From: Paramecium tetraurelia
Taxonomy: Eukaryota
Direction: 5' to 3'
Assembly (NCBI GenBank): GCA_000165425.1
Contig: CT868296.1
Coordinates: forward strand, 124,001 to 188,000
DNA: 64,000 nt
Made by a program: the position numbers and the translations under genes. Under the pieces are notes generated by a model. That model did not search any database, was not told the DNA's origin, and worked only from the letters and a program-made list of their open reading frames with translations. Each line of letters opens with the position of its first letter. The first letter of the stretch is position 1. Below are positions 29,701 through 42,838 of the stretch, piece after piece.

Positions 29701-32700
29701 GGGAATAGCCAACAAAGAAGTCAAAGAATTGATTATCAAACACAATTTTCTGACTCATTTCCTGCTTTAATTATTTTTATCACCTGTCCTTTAATGTCCA
29801 ATTGATTGTAGTATTCTCTCCATTCTGATGTAGATTAATCAAAACATCGAATTCCCTACAGCTCCCTCAAGAAGCCAAGGCATAGATCCTATTGGGTATA
29901 AAGTGTTTGAGACGAGTCATCCTTATGAAAGATAGAAGGTCTAAACTTTTGAAGATACCTACTTCCCAGGTGCCTTGGCTTTGGCTGTAGAGTTTGATCC
30001 AAGATGCTCAAGTGACTAAGCCCATGATTTCTTAACGATTAACTCTTGGTATTCCCCTCAAACTGGACCTTTTGGATTGCAAACTAAATTGAAAGATCCT
30101 ATGGGGGTTTCATATAGAATTTCAGGTAAATTGAGTACTAAAAGACCTATTCTGATGCTAGGCAATGTGATTCAAGCCGATTTTAGTCCAAGTGGATAGG
30201 TTAGAAATGAGCATTCACTTAATCGATGGGGATTCAAAATTACAATTCGTCCAGTGTATGGAGACACCTATCATGTAAGCAATGTGTTACACATGGTAAT
30301 TTTGGAGAACATCTAATCCTTATTGGGATTCAATGAAAATAGAACAGCCTATGAAGAAAGTAATTAGCATCTCTTAAAATGGAATATTTTGAAAAATGGA
30401 AGAGCTGGATTTCAATATGATAAACATCTCATTAAAGTATTGGGGTAGTTGTCCATTTCTAACATGTCTTATGATGATGCCACACTATTACATGAGAATG
30501 CAGGAGCCAATACTTAAATTAAGAATAAGTATCAACAATTGAAGAGAGATCTCATAAAAGTCAATTACAAAAGTAGAGAATTGCAAAAGACTAATATCGA
30601 TTTACTTCAATTGGCTCAATAGTAAAATAAATACATTTCACAGATTTTAGAGAAAAAAGGAGAATTCTATAAAGTTATTTCAGAAATTGTTAGTCAATTC
30701 ACTGATTCAATTCAATATAGAACTGCCAAACAAAAGTCAGCTATGAAGGCACACATTGAAGAATTCAAACAAATTGAGATGCTCGTGATTTTGGTCACTT
30801 TGTATCATAGTGGATTATTGGATGAAATCAATCTGTTGAATTTGGAACACCACATCGACATGTTATAGGAAGCTAGAAATGATGTCATCAATTACATGCT
30901 CAAAGAAGTGGAGACTATGATTGAGTACCAATAGAATTATGAAGGTATGTCATTGCAAGCCACAGAAATGATGGAATAATAGAAATTGAAATAAATAAAT
31001 GAGAAAATAGAAAACACTCTTTGGGATATGCTCCAAAAGAGATTAGAAGGTAATAGTGAGATGATTTATAAAATATGCTCTCAATAAAGTTTGGCTATCA
31101 TAGAAAACAACCCCAATTTATCTCTAAGATAGATTTACAATAATATTTTAGCAAAAATCAGGGAATCCAAATTAGTGCTTGTAAATCCATATCAACATAT
31201 TGTTTAAGTGATCAAAAAGAGAATTCTGATCCTATTCAATATTAGCAATGTTTAATTGGTGGGTTAATAATAGATGATTTAAATTAAATCCTAGTAATCG
31301 ATCGACTCTGGAAGCATTAAATAATTAAAGCCTCCTGGTATCGAGAGATCAATCTCTCATTAGATAGATGATAAAAATATTGACAGTTAGAAATTATTAA
31401 AGTTTAGACAATGGCTAGATAGTTATCAAAAATGGAAAGTACTTCACAATGTAAATTTAAATCAGATTTCTGCTGAATCTCTAGATATTCCTCCTGTTAA
31501 GTCTGTCATACTATTTCTCTAATAGAATGTCGATGAATCTTTGATTTAGGTTATGGACTTACACAATCGAAGATGCATAAGAAGGATTGCCTCACTTAAG
31601 TTTCTAAATGAGTTCTAAGGCTAAAGTGGAGGCATTTTGTGTTAGGATGTTATGAATTGTAAAATTGAATTTGCCAGCTCCAATATCAAAGAAATACTTC
31701 TCCAAGAAGTTGTAAAAAGGCTGAATTATCTTATGTAATCTATAAAGAATGATTATGCTACCTATTTGAATCAAGCAATCACATAACAAATCGATGGAAC
31801 TTTGCTTGAATAATTGAAGGTTTTATGCATGACTCTATGCGAAATCAATCAGTTATTTTAAGTAGACAATAACATTTTATGGAAAAGTAGAGAACACGAT
31901 TATAATCCTCACTTTAATCCTATATTCAAATAATTCTTAAGCAACATCATCATCACTGGATTATTAAGTTTGGCCTTTGTGAATTTGGATCAATAATATT
32001 AGTCTGTTGCTATTTTGAGTTAAAATATTTTAAATAATGTTAAAGAGACTTTGTACATCATAACAGATAATTTGATGACTGATGATATTCTTTAATAATT
32101 GATATAAATTTTATCATCAGAATTAGGAATATCACTATAGGGAGATGAAATCAATTGCAGATTACTAACTAAATTATATGATTTAATTGGAGTGAAGAGA
32201 GTGAATTTCTTGCTTACAAATATTTTGGATTGCTTGGTAATTCATTAAAATTAAGATGTTCCATCATCCTTAGTGAAATTGATATTCTTTATCTTACATC
32301 ATACCAACACTCCATCTACGATGAGATTGGCAATCAGGATTTCTAAGTATTTTAGTAATATCAATCTTAACAAGATCAAATACACTCCAAAGTATTTATG
32401 GGTATATTATGAGAATTGCAATTTATAATAAGTTAAAGTCTTATAAGAAAACAAAGAGTTGTATTTCAGTGAGGCATTAATTGAGCGAGTAGGACACTTA
32501 GTAGGTCAATAAGAGGATACTGGCAATCAAAATATTAATACCATGTTATAAACTGAATTAGTGAATGTATAAAAAAAGATAATTACATCAAACACTAATG
32601 CTGATTAGAATAATAATCAATAGTATAGAGTGATATTGCATTTGTGTTAGGAGGAAGAAATTTCTATTCTCTTGAAGATTCTATATTGGTGGGAAGAGTT

Positions 32701-35700
32701 CTATCCAAGTGCCAAATTGAAATTACCTCAAACATATTAGGAGTATTTGGAAATGAAGGAGAAGGAGAAAAAGAGAGAGGAATAGAAGACTCAATAATAA
32801 GAGGTAATTGCATAATAAACAGAGTTTCAATCATAAAGACAACAATAGCAATAATAATATAAGTTATTGGAGAGAGTCTTAATGACTTAGCCAGAAATCT
32901 AGTAAAAAGATTATCTATTGGGATGGGGATTCAATTACAGCAATTTATACAGTGATATGAAGAATGGACCTTCGGATAATAAGAAACATTCATCTGGGAG
33001 AGTAAAGAAGCAAATAAAGAAGTATTGGAGACCTTTGAATTTTTAGGAATTGGAACGATTGTATGAAGAATTATATAAATAAAATGAAGACATCAAGTAG
33101 TTTCCAGATGAGCAAGCATTCTTGAAACAAAGAAACTTCATAACAAGAATACATTCATACATAAAGGAAATAAAGAATTATGGTAGTTTGCTAACAGTTT
33201 ATGGTTGCATTGCATTTAGTGAAATATTTACTCTTCAAAAGGCTTAAGTTTTAATAGAGCTTATTTAATCAGCATTGAATGGGTCATTACAAAACATACC
33301 AATGACTGAATTATCAGAGGAATTCAGAAATAAGGCTGATCCAAACAAATACATTCTAATGGGAGCCATCAAAGAGATTGCACCTCCAAAGAGTAAATCA
33401 CAACCATAAAAAGCACCTACTCAAATTCCTCCATAGCCAACAAGTGGTAAATCATAGATGACTATGAGTATATGTGATGTCTACACCTTCTAGACATTTG
33501 AGTTTAGAATGGATTACATTACGTTGTTGCCATATGGAAATACAAGTGTCAATTTTTACAATGAAATCAACAGAAGTTCATCCTTCACACAACAATAAGT
33601 TAATGGGCAAATAGTTGGCTAATTGATTTATGAACTTAGTCAATTATTGTCTAATTAATAGATTGACATTAATAAGGAAAGCAAGTATTACAAACTTGGG
33701 TACACTACCATCCTGTCTTAATAATTAATATAGGTAGCCCCAGGAATCCCTGTCTAAATTAAGAAGCACAAGTCATATGATAAATAATACGTAGTATCAG
33801 GAGGAGATTATTGTGGGTAGAAGGAACTGAAAATACTGTCAAATAATGATGATAAACTTAATTTACAGGTTGTAAAATTAGATGAAATCGAATTAATACA
33901 ATAAGATATCCCTTAATTGATATCTCAAGAATAGATGTTAGAATTGATCGAAAAAGAGAATGATAAATTCATCTTGAGGAATCTCTTCATAATTGCTAGC
34001 AAATTGGAATGGAAGGGATACAATGTAGAGAGAATTGCAGAGAAAATATTAAGTTTGGCTAATCTTTACTAAGGAGATAATAAGTTCATTCAAGCATGGG
34101 AACGATTAATAGATAGCAGACTGACACCTAATTACTTCTTCCCCATAGAAATCCCTAAGACTCTTAACTTCCCCCAATAACCCTAATAAGGTGAATAAGA
34201 TGATCATAAGATTGACCCTTTTGTGGAAGGTGTTGACAATACAATTATTGTTGGTAGTACATATATGCAATCATTGCCTGAAGCTTGCATAGTCTCTAAC
34301 GAATTGAAATTAGTTCAATATTGGGAGAAGAACATCTTACCCAAAATATACGATTATGTCAAAGGCTCCTTGAGACCCTATGAGATTGACGACTTCTTTG
34401 AATAAATTAGATAACAACTAAGAAAAGGAGAACAAAATAAAGCTTTGGAAATAGCCTACATTGTATGCGATCAGAGAATGCCAAACGGGGTTGTTATTCC
34501 AGAGTCCAATCATGACTGGAGTACGTTAACAATAGAAGAAGTCTAAGCTGGACAATATGTTCTCTGTAGACTCATTGATAAAACATCAGAATAGTTGTAC
34601 TCAAAAGAATACTTGCATTACAAGTAGCAAGGTCATACTTTCATTTGTGGTCAAATCATTGGTGTTGATTAAAGATCATCTTCGATATTGATTACACATA
34701 TGGATATCAATAATTCTCAACTGTATGCCACTTGGTTCCCTGTCAGTGCACTTAAACAGGTTTAGTTGTATATTCCCCCAAATGCTAATGCTTATCAATA
34801 GGAGACAATCTTAAAAGAATACAACAGAGAATTAGACTTGGAACTCAGCAAATAAGCCAGACAATTGTACATTTTGCAGAGTCAAACCATCAACGTTGAT
34901 CCAATCACATATTTATAATTAGCGATGCAATTCGAAGGCTCTTGTATTAATGGCTGGTTAACTGAGTAATTAATAGATGGGAATACTAAAACTAATCAGA
35001 AATTAAACCAATTTTTGGAGAAACCTGAATTAATCTTCAGCTGGTTGTCTAAGTGTTTTGATTAAATTCATTAATCTGTCAATAACAACAAATTGATATT
35101 GGATTTAGTCAAATCTCATAAGAAACCATTAGAACTCAATTCCGACTTAGATATTGCTGGTTTGGCTATTGTATTTAAGAATGATGCAACTCTGTGCACT
35201 TGTTCTGGCATCAATTTCTATAAGGATAAATTGGGTATCAACGACTTTTACACAATAAGCAGTGGCAAAGAGACAAGAGGTAGATTATCTCCTATTGTGC
35301 TCAATCAGAAGAGTGTTTATTGCGAGTACTATTTCAATGGTGAAGCCTTGCCAATCTACCAATAAAAGTTATGTGTTTCTCGTCTGCCTTGTGTTGTCTA
35401 TAAAATTCCAACCTTGTGGAACACTGTCTGTTATGTGATTGATTAAATGAGCACAATCTTCATCAAAAACAAAGACATTCCGAATTTGAAGAACATCAAT
35501 CATCTGTTAGATAAAGCGTATCAATCTCAACCTCATATCTTAAACCAATCGATCATCAAATTATTAATTAGGAATGTTCGCAAATTACAAACTATTTCAG
35601 AAGAAACTCTAAAGGATGAATTGCTTATTTAATTAATAAATGATGCTGTCAAAATATATAATATTCAAAAAGTAGAACCTAATGTTTTGTATTCATCCTA

Positions 35701-38544
35701 TCTCTAAGATATCAGTGAATTATTGGCAGTAGCCATTCCCAACAAGACAAAAATCTAGATTCCAGATTGGATAAATGCCTATCGATATTTAATTTAGATC
35801 GCAGAATTCATTAAATGTGGTAAGACCTTGTACAATGAATAAATTGAACAGATCAATGGAATGTTGTAGTCTAATCAATGGGATCAACTGATTTACATGA
35901 ATCAATTACCTTGTGATATTCAAGACGTATTACAAGAACAATAAGTCAGAATCTTAAATCCAACAATCGATATATTTAGAAGAAAAAATTAAGCAATTGT
36001 TCTGATTGATGGATTTCAATAATTAAATTTAGAAAATGTTGAAATACAGTTGCCTCCTGAACCAGTCTAAGATGCTGTGAAACTCTGGTAATGTGAAATG
36101 TGTACATATGCTGAAAATGTCTGGGATTCATCACATTGTTCAATATGCGAAAATCCAGCTCCTGCCAATAAAATCCCTTACAAAGGAGCTGAAGATTAAT
36201 CCCAATAATAAGAGTAATAGTAAATTTAGATCAATGTTGATGAGGAAGATGAAAAGGCTGATAGAAGAGAGAAGTAGTTTTTCGAAGATTTAATTGAAAG
36301 GATTAAGGAGAAGGTTAAGAAGTACTATGCTGATTAATAGATGGAGAAGGAATAAAAAATAAATCAAGTCAATCAGGCAATCGAAGCTCAATAGAATCAA
36401 TTAAAATAACTCAACAAATATTAAGAAAAAAAGCAGAAGTAATTAACGTATAAATCTAAGCTCCAACAAACCAAATAACCATAACAGCAATTACAATAAC
36501 AAAAAATATAGGATTGCAAACTAAAATTATAATAACTCACATCTGAATTATAATAAATACAAGAAATCAAACTTCAAAACAATTTCCAAATCTTTTCTGG
36601 CAAATAAATCCTTGATAAAGCCAAAGCCTTTTTAAAAGAGTTCTTAACTAACAGATTAGAATATTTCAGAAAATAAATCAATCCCAAACAATTGGAAGAA
36701 ATGAGCAGTATGGATGCAATAGAATGTTGGAAACATTTAGAATCATTAGGTTATGATTTCCATTATCAACTAATTAATAATCCAAAGACCATCTAAATTC
36801 TACCCATTTAATAAATGAAACACCTCCTTAAATTAATTGAATTCGATATTTGCAAAGAAACCAAAGCTGTAAGAACTTACAACCCTAGAAACATAAGGAA
36901 TTAAATAGATGAATAGGCCATTAATTATTCAGATTTTATCAATTGTTTGACTAAATATTAGGATCTTGTGAATTCTCCACTCTTAGTAATTAGGCAATCT
37001 TGGGCAATCATTAAACTATTCAATAGATACTTAGAGACTTGTGGATAATTTATCAATATGGATGTTCCTATTGGTACTTCATAACAATTCCAATAAAATA
37101 CAATCCTTCTGTCTATGGGCAATTATATGTAAGTTTTAAGACAATTGTGCATGACTCCTACAAAGGTAGACATAGTTTAGAGAGTGCTTAACAAAACAAG
37201 TATCAGTAGAGACTCACCACCTAAGATCAATGTAGAACGTATTCGTTTGGCCAATCGTAATGGAAAAGCAAACCAATAGGATTTCTTATTTACTATGGCT
37301 TACGAACAAATGAAAAATATCCCACCCACTCTCTTAAGACCGATAAAACCTCAAGGAACTGATCCATTCTTAGCATTCGAGGTCAATTTCAAGGGCGAGG
37401 ATGTCTAAGGAGAAAGTGGTCCTTATAGATAGTTCTTTGCCGATATCAGTAAAGAATTGCAATCATCTTCTTTATTATTATATCCTTCAACCAACAATCA
37501 GGCAAAATTGGGAAATCACAAAGATAAATTTGTTTTGAATCCTAGTGCAAGGTCTAATTACTATTTACACCTGTATGAATACTTAGGAGTTTTGATGGCT
37601 ATTGCAATCAGAACAGCCACTCATTTCTCTTTGGATTTGCCATCAATATTTTGGAAACAAATAGTAGGTGAGAAAATCACATTTGAAGACATTGAGCAAA
37701 TCGATGCAACAATGTGCAATTTAATTAATTTTATGTAAGAATGTCCTGAGTCAACATTTGAAGAGAATATTTTTGAAAATTGGGTCACTCTCAGAACTGA
37801 CAAGAGTGTACAGGAACTAAAAGAGGTATTTAAATAAATTATTTTTTAGAATGGCAGTAAGATACCAGTCAAATATGAAGAAAGACTCGAGTACATTAAC
37901 AAATTGATGGAAGTCAAATGTACTGAAAGTGAGTTATAATGTGAAAGTCTCATCAAAGGATTAGTCAAAATTATACCCTCGCCTTTATTAAATTGTATAT
38001 ATCTTTTAATATCAAATTTTAGGGGTGTCAGCTGAAGACTTAGAATTATGGGTTTGTGGACGACCTATTGTAGATGTGGATCTCTTAAAGAGACATACAA
38101 GATATTCTGGAGAATTAAATGAAAACAGTGAAAGAATCAAATACTTTTGGGAGGCTCTCTATGAACTATCAGAATAAGAGAAATTGCGATTCATTAAATT
38201 CTGTTGGGGACAAGAGAGATTACCTGCCAATGATGAAGAATTCGATAGAAATTAAATTAGATTCATGATCAAACCTTCTACTGTAAATACTAAACAACCA
38301 AACAAAGCTCTGCCTAAAGCAGATACTTGCTTCTTTAATTTAGAATTACCTAACTATTCTAGCAAGGATGTATTTAAATATGTTTAATCATTAGATTTTG
38401 AAGAAACAATTACTAACAGCTATAAATTTCGATTGTGATAGTATGAATGCTGATCCTCGAGTAAATTTAGATCCAAATGCTCGACATAGACGGAATAGGG
38501 ATGAAGATGAAGATGAAAGTTTGTTTGAGGAAGGTGAATGGTGA
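26728..38544 (+). CDS. Giant (~3,900 aa) HECT E3 ubiquitin ligase, HECTD4-like architecture
   Basis: N-terminal GMYKVGTGEGGTIAGKIY motif, UBA-like segment (ISKALNLNKNDMQNAAQWLVE), CUB-like segment (FETSHPY...RWGFKITIRP) and RanBP2-type finger (WQCEMCT...CSICENP). C-terminal HECT (FKGEDVQGESGPYR...LPKADTCFFNLELPNY) retains the catalytic Cys. Introns at 26937-26956, 27112-27137 and three near the 3' end. The ~10-kb central exon was spot-checked only. Confidence 0.93.
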
Positions 38545-38701
38545 AATCATATATATATATTATAAGTATATTAGCTTGAACATATTTCCATATTAAATTC
38601 TTAAATTAATTAAATTTTTTTAGATTAGTAATTAAATTCAAAAATTAGTACTGAAATTATAAAAAATGAAGAATGCACAAATAATTTTTCACAATTTATT
38701 C

Positions 38702-39223
38702 TCAGTTGAAAATTAGTTTTGGCTGTTATTCCTCCTATTTTACCTCTTACTTGACCTCTTATATTGTAACGGTTTCTAATTACTCTTCTTTGATATTTTA
38801 AACGTCGGCATTATGTTCGAATTCAATCTTAATTTTACTTTAATATGGATCCTCTTTTTTGGCATTGTTAAATTGATTTTTTTTTTACTTTCTTATATGA
38901 GCAACTGTTTTAATATACGCTTAATTTATTTGTATTAATTTTCTAAGAAATCCCATTCTCTTATTACCAAAGTCTTCAATCCTACATATCAAATTAACTT
39001 TTTTAAATATTTGAACATAGTCTTCTAAAGTTTTCTTTGGGATTTAAACAAGATTGGCTGCTTCTTGCAGACTAATTCTTGGTTAGTTTGTATTCTATTA
39101 AGATTTCCCTTGCTCAAATATCCTTCTCCATTCTCTAACCCTGTGAAGAGCATCCAGTACGCTTCTTTCTTTGACTCGTTTTTTAGCTGACTGAGGTCTA
39201 GCGCCTTATACTTCTGTGAGCAT
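38702..39223 (-). CDS. Ciliate HTH-type putative DNA-binding protein (173 aa)
   Basis: Intronless ORF with KERSVLDALHRVREWRR...ISLQEAANLVQIPKKTLEDY, a psq-like helix-turn-helix pattern. Confidence 0.8.
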
Positions 39224-39574
39224 TAAGAAATTAAATATTATTTAAGAATTCAATTAAACACTGATTTGCATACATACTAAAGACATATTAAAGAAGATAT
39301 ATGCAGACTGAATGAAGGTTCGTGGTTGAGGAACCATTATAAAAGTTTCATTTTTTGACTTTGTTAGAATATATCTAATCTAATTATTGAAATTTTCATC
39401 TCAAATTGAAGGAATTAGTTTAAAGAATACATATTCGCAGATTTAATTAAAAAATATCGATTGTTCTAGAATAAATTATTTATATAAAATTATAAACAAT
39501 CGCAATTATGAATTATAATTGAATCGAAAGAAATAAAGCAAGATATAATTGTTAATATATGTTACTAATGCTCA

Positions 39575-40073
39575 TCATTAAGCGTATTTTTAGGTTTCTG
39601 ATCTTACTGCTTCTTCAAACTTTCCTTTATCACTTTTATATAACTCCATTGCTTTTTGGTTTAGTGCTTATTCAGTATTAACTTATCCCATGATGTTTAG
39701 GATTTTCTCTAAGACTTATTTAACAGTTTTAGTTGGTTGCCATTAATCCTAAAATAATATTATCATCATTTACTTTGGTCTCAATCATATCTTCACAAAA
39801 CTCACCCTTCTCTGTAATATTGGGATGGAAAATTTTTGTTGTAAATAAAAATTAGGGGGCTTTGAAAGGATAGTTCTCTGGGAATGTAATGGACAATTTG
39901 AACTTGCCTCCTTAATAAGCTGTGCCTTCTGGGCCTGCAACTACGGCTGTCCATCTTTAAATACATAAAATTAAATACAATAATCTGTTATTAGCATCAG
40001 CAGTGATCTAAACACCATGAAGAGGACTTGTTTAAGTCAAATCTTGCAATTCTTTGTTAAGTCTGTTTTACAT
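39575..40073 (-). CDS. Ubiquitin-conjugating enzyme E2
   Basis: RLNKEL...GPEGTAYQGGKF...YPFKAP...TKIFHPNITEKGEFC (active Cys)...WQP. Two introns. Confidence 0.95.
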
Positions 40074-40740
40074 TTTCTTTGAATAAATAATTTATTATTT
40101 AAATCTTTTAATATTTCATACATATTTATGCTTAATAGAAAAAGAATCACCGTAACCCTCTATTATTCTGATCAATTGATGATTAAACACTAGGTTTTGG
40201 CTTAATTCAGATATATCCAATCAAACCCTTGTTCAATTGAGAAAAATTGTTAAAAGTTTTCGCCCAGAAAAGACACACAATTTACTAATTTATAGCATTT
40301 CATAAACAAGAATAGAATTTCTATTTTTATATGCGTATGGTTTTTTTGATTTATTGATAATAAATCATAGATATACTATAAATACTATTTCTCAAATCCT
40401 TCTATTTTAATAAATATATTAGCTCATTAAATTCTAGATTATTCTGTCTCTTAAATATTTTGTTTTAATTAAAATAATCTTTCTCCCATCAAATTAACTT
40501 AGTTATATTTGATAAATTAAAATCCAAATGAACTCCTTATAAATGTTTTAAAATTTTTATTTTTTTAACAGTTTAAAAAAGAATCGCCTGAAATTCTGGC
40601 GAAGATCTAACCTTTTGAAATGTATTTATTTTAGATTTCTTGTTTATGTTTTTGATACTTTTTTAATGATTAATTCCATATTCATCTTGTAGATTAAATC
40701 ATAATTGCATATCCTTATTTAATATAGTAAATATTTATCT

Positions 40741-42563
40741 ATGAAATAATCATAAATGAATGAGAAAGATTATTTGTATATGCTCTAGTCCTAAGATGTC
40801 TATGGAAAAGAGGATTATAGACTTACAAATTAAACAGGATGTACAGAACACTCCAAATCTTAATCATTATGTTTTGATTAAGTCATACTAGGATCTAGTT
40901 AAATTTTAAATATTCCTGACTTATTATTGGATAAGTACTAATCAATATGGAAGTAAATGTTTGTTGTAATTTTAAAGAAAAAAAATCATAATAATTCAAT
41001 CTCACTACAAAGGACATTTACAAAGAAAAAAATATAAAAATATGAAAAAATGGGCAAAATACAGAAAAAATGTTTATTTAGAGTTGATAATGACAGAAAA
41101 AGATTATTTAGCCGACTTAAAGTCTATCATTCATAACGTTATGATAGCGGCAGATTAATTTTAGTTATTACCAGAAAATGAGATATAAATAACTTTTAGT
41201 AATCTCAATTAAATTTACAATTTCAATTAGATGTTTTATAGGGATATCTAGTGTAAGATTTAATATTTATTTTAGAATAATTTTCTCATTATCATCCTAA
41301 TTCATGTTTCGGAAATGTATTAGAAAGATTTATTCCTTATTTTAAAATATACTTCAAATATTATTATGAATACAAGGATTATCAAATTAGGGACCTACGA
41401 TAAGCATATCCAGCCTTTGATAATCATTTGAACATTTTAGAACAAGGCAATTTATTTAGAGGATGTGATTTAAATTCATTTCTAGTCAAACCTGTACAAA
41501 GACTACCAAAATATGCCTTATTATTAAAAGATTTAGTTAAACACACTTGGAAAACCCATCCTGATTATGATAAACTGATAAAAACCCTTGAGTCATTTCA
41601 TTCAGTTACAGGCCAAATAGACAAATAAATGGGAAGGTAATTATATTTATTTACTTTAAGTATTCTAAGAAATTAGGCTCTCTTTGATCTGCAAAAAAAG
41701 TTTTTCGATGTTTTGTCTTAGAACATAGTCGAATCAACTAGGAACTTTATTTTAACCGAACCAATCTACTTATTAAGACAAGGTCAAGAAGAACTTGTAC
41801 AGCTATATTTGTGTAGTGATTTAATAGTGTTGTCAAAAAAAACATAAGTTAGCGAATAGAGAATAAATGAAAGATTATTAGAATATGCTTTTCTCGATGA
41901 AAAATCCTATTTAGAAGAAGATAAAAACGAGGTTCTACAATTGGCAGTGTGTAATTAGGATAAAGATGACAAATTTATATTCCTATGTTAAGATTTAGAA
42001 TAGAAACAAAGATTATTCTAAGAGTTTTTTTAAATCATCAAGATGATATGCGAAAAATATTTCTCTCAAACTATTTCAATCTAATAAGAATAAAAGAATC
42101 AGCCAATTAGGGTTTTTGTAACTTCGATATCGAGAGGATAATCTAGAATGCCATTTAAAACCTTTGCTAAATATAATCTTTCTGTAATTAAAGTTCTTAA
42201 TTTTAGGTTGTTTTAGATAAAAAAGAGTACATAACTTGGACTAGACATAAAATATTATTGAGAATTCAAAAGGCTCTAAAGAAACAATATAAAAAAGAAT
42301 ATTTAACTGAAAAGGATACTAATATTCTATTTTAAGATTATATTGAGAAAAATCTAAATAAGCAAAATAGTGATGGAAGAAAAGTTATTGTTGAAACATT
42401 TGTAGAGACTCTCTTAAACTCTTGCTATTTAAAATCTGCACCTGAATCGTATCTTTAATTTCTCGGGCTCCCATTGGGATTTTATTAAAACAACCAGAAT
42501 GTTAGTTAAATGAAATCTACAATAGTAGATTCAGAATCATCAAAATCAAGTTAAGATTCTTGA
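40741..42563 (+). CDS. RhoGEF with IQ, DH, PH and PX-like domains
   Basis: IQSHYKGHLQRKKY (IQ), ELIMTEKDYLADL and SFLVKPVQRLPKYALLLKDLVKHT (DH), LYLCSDLIVL (PH) and a C-terminal PX-like segment. About four introns. Confidence 0.9.
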
Positions 42564-42838
42564 TATAAATACACAATTTTCTATTTATATAGCATAATTA
42601 TTATTCATAAAAAATTAATTAATTTACAATATTATCTTGAAAATAGAGTAAATTGAAAATAAGTGGTTTCACACACTATTTCTTTAATCTCTTATTCAAA
42701 ATTGTTCAAATAGAGGCATAACTCTTCTTGGTATGTAGGAGTTTATAGTTAATTGTTTAAGAAATTAAATTAAGACTTAATCCAATTATGTTTAATATAT
42801 AAAAATAATGATCTATTGTTTCATTTTCAAGTATGCTC

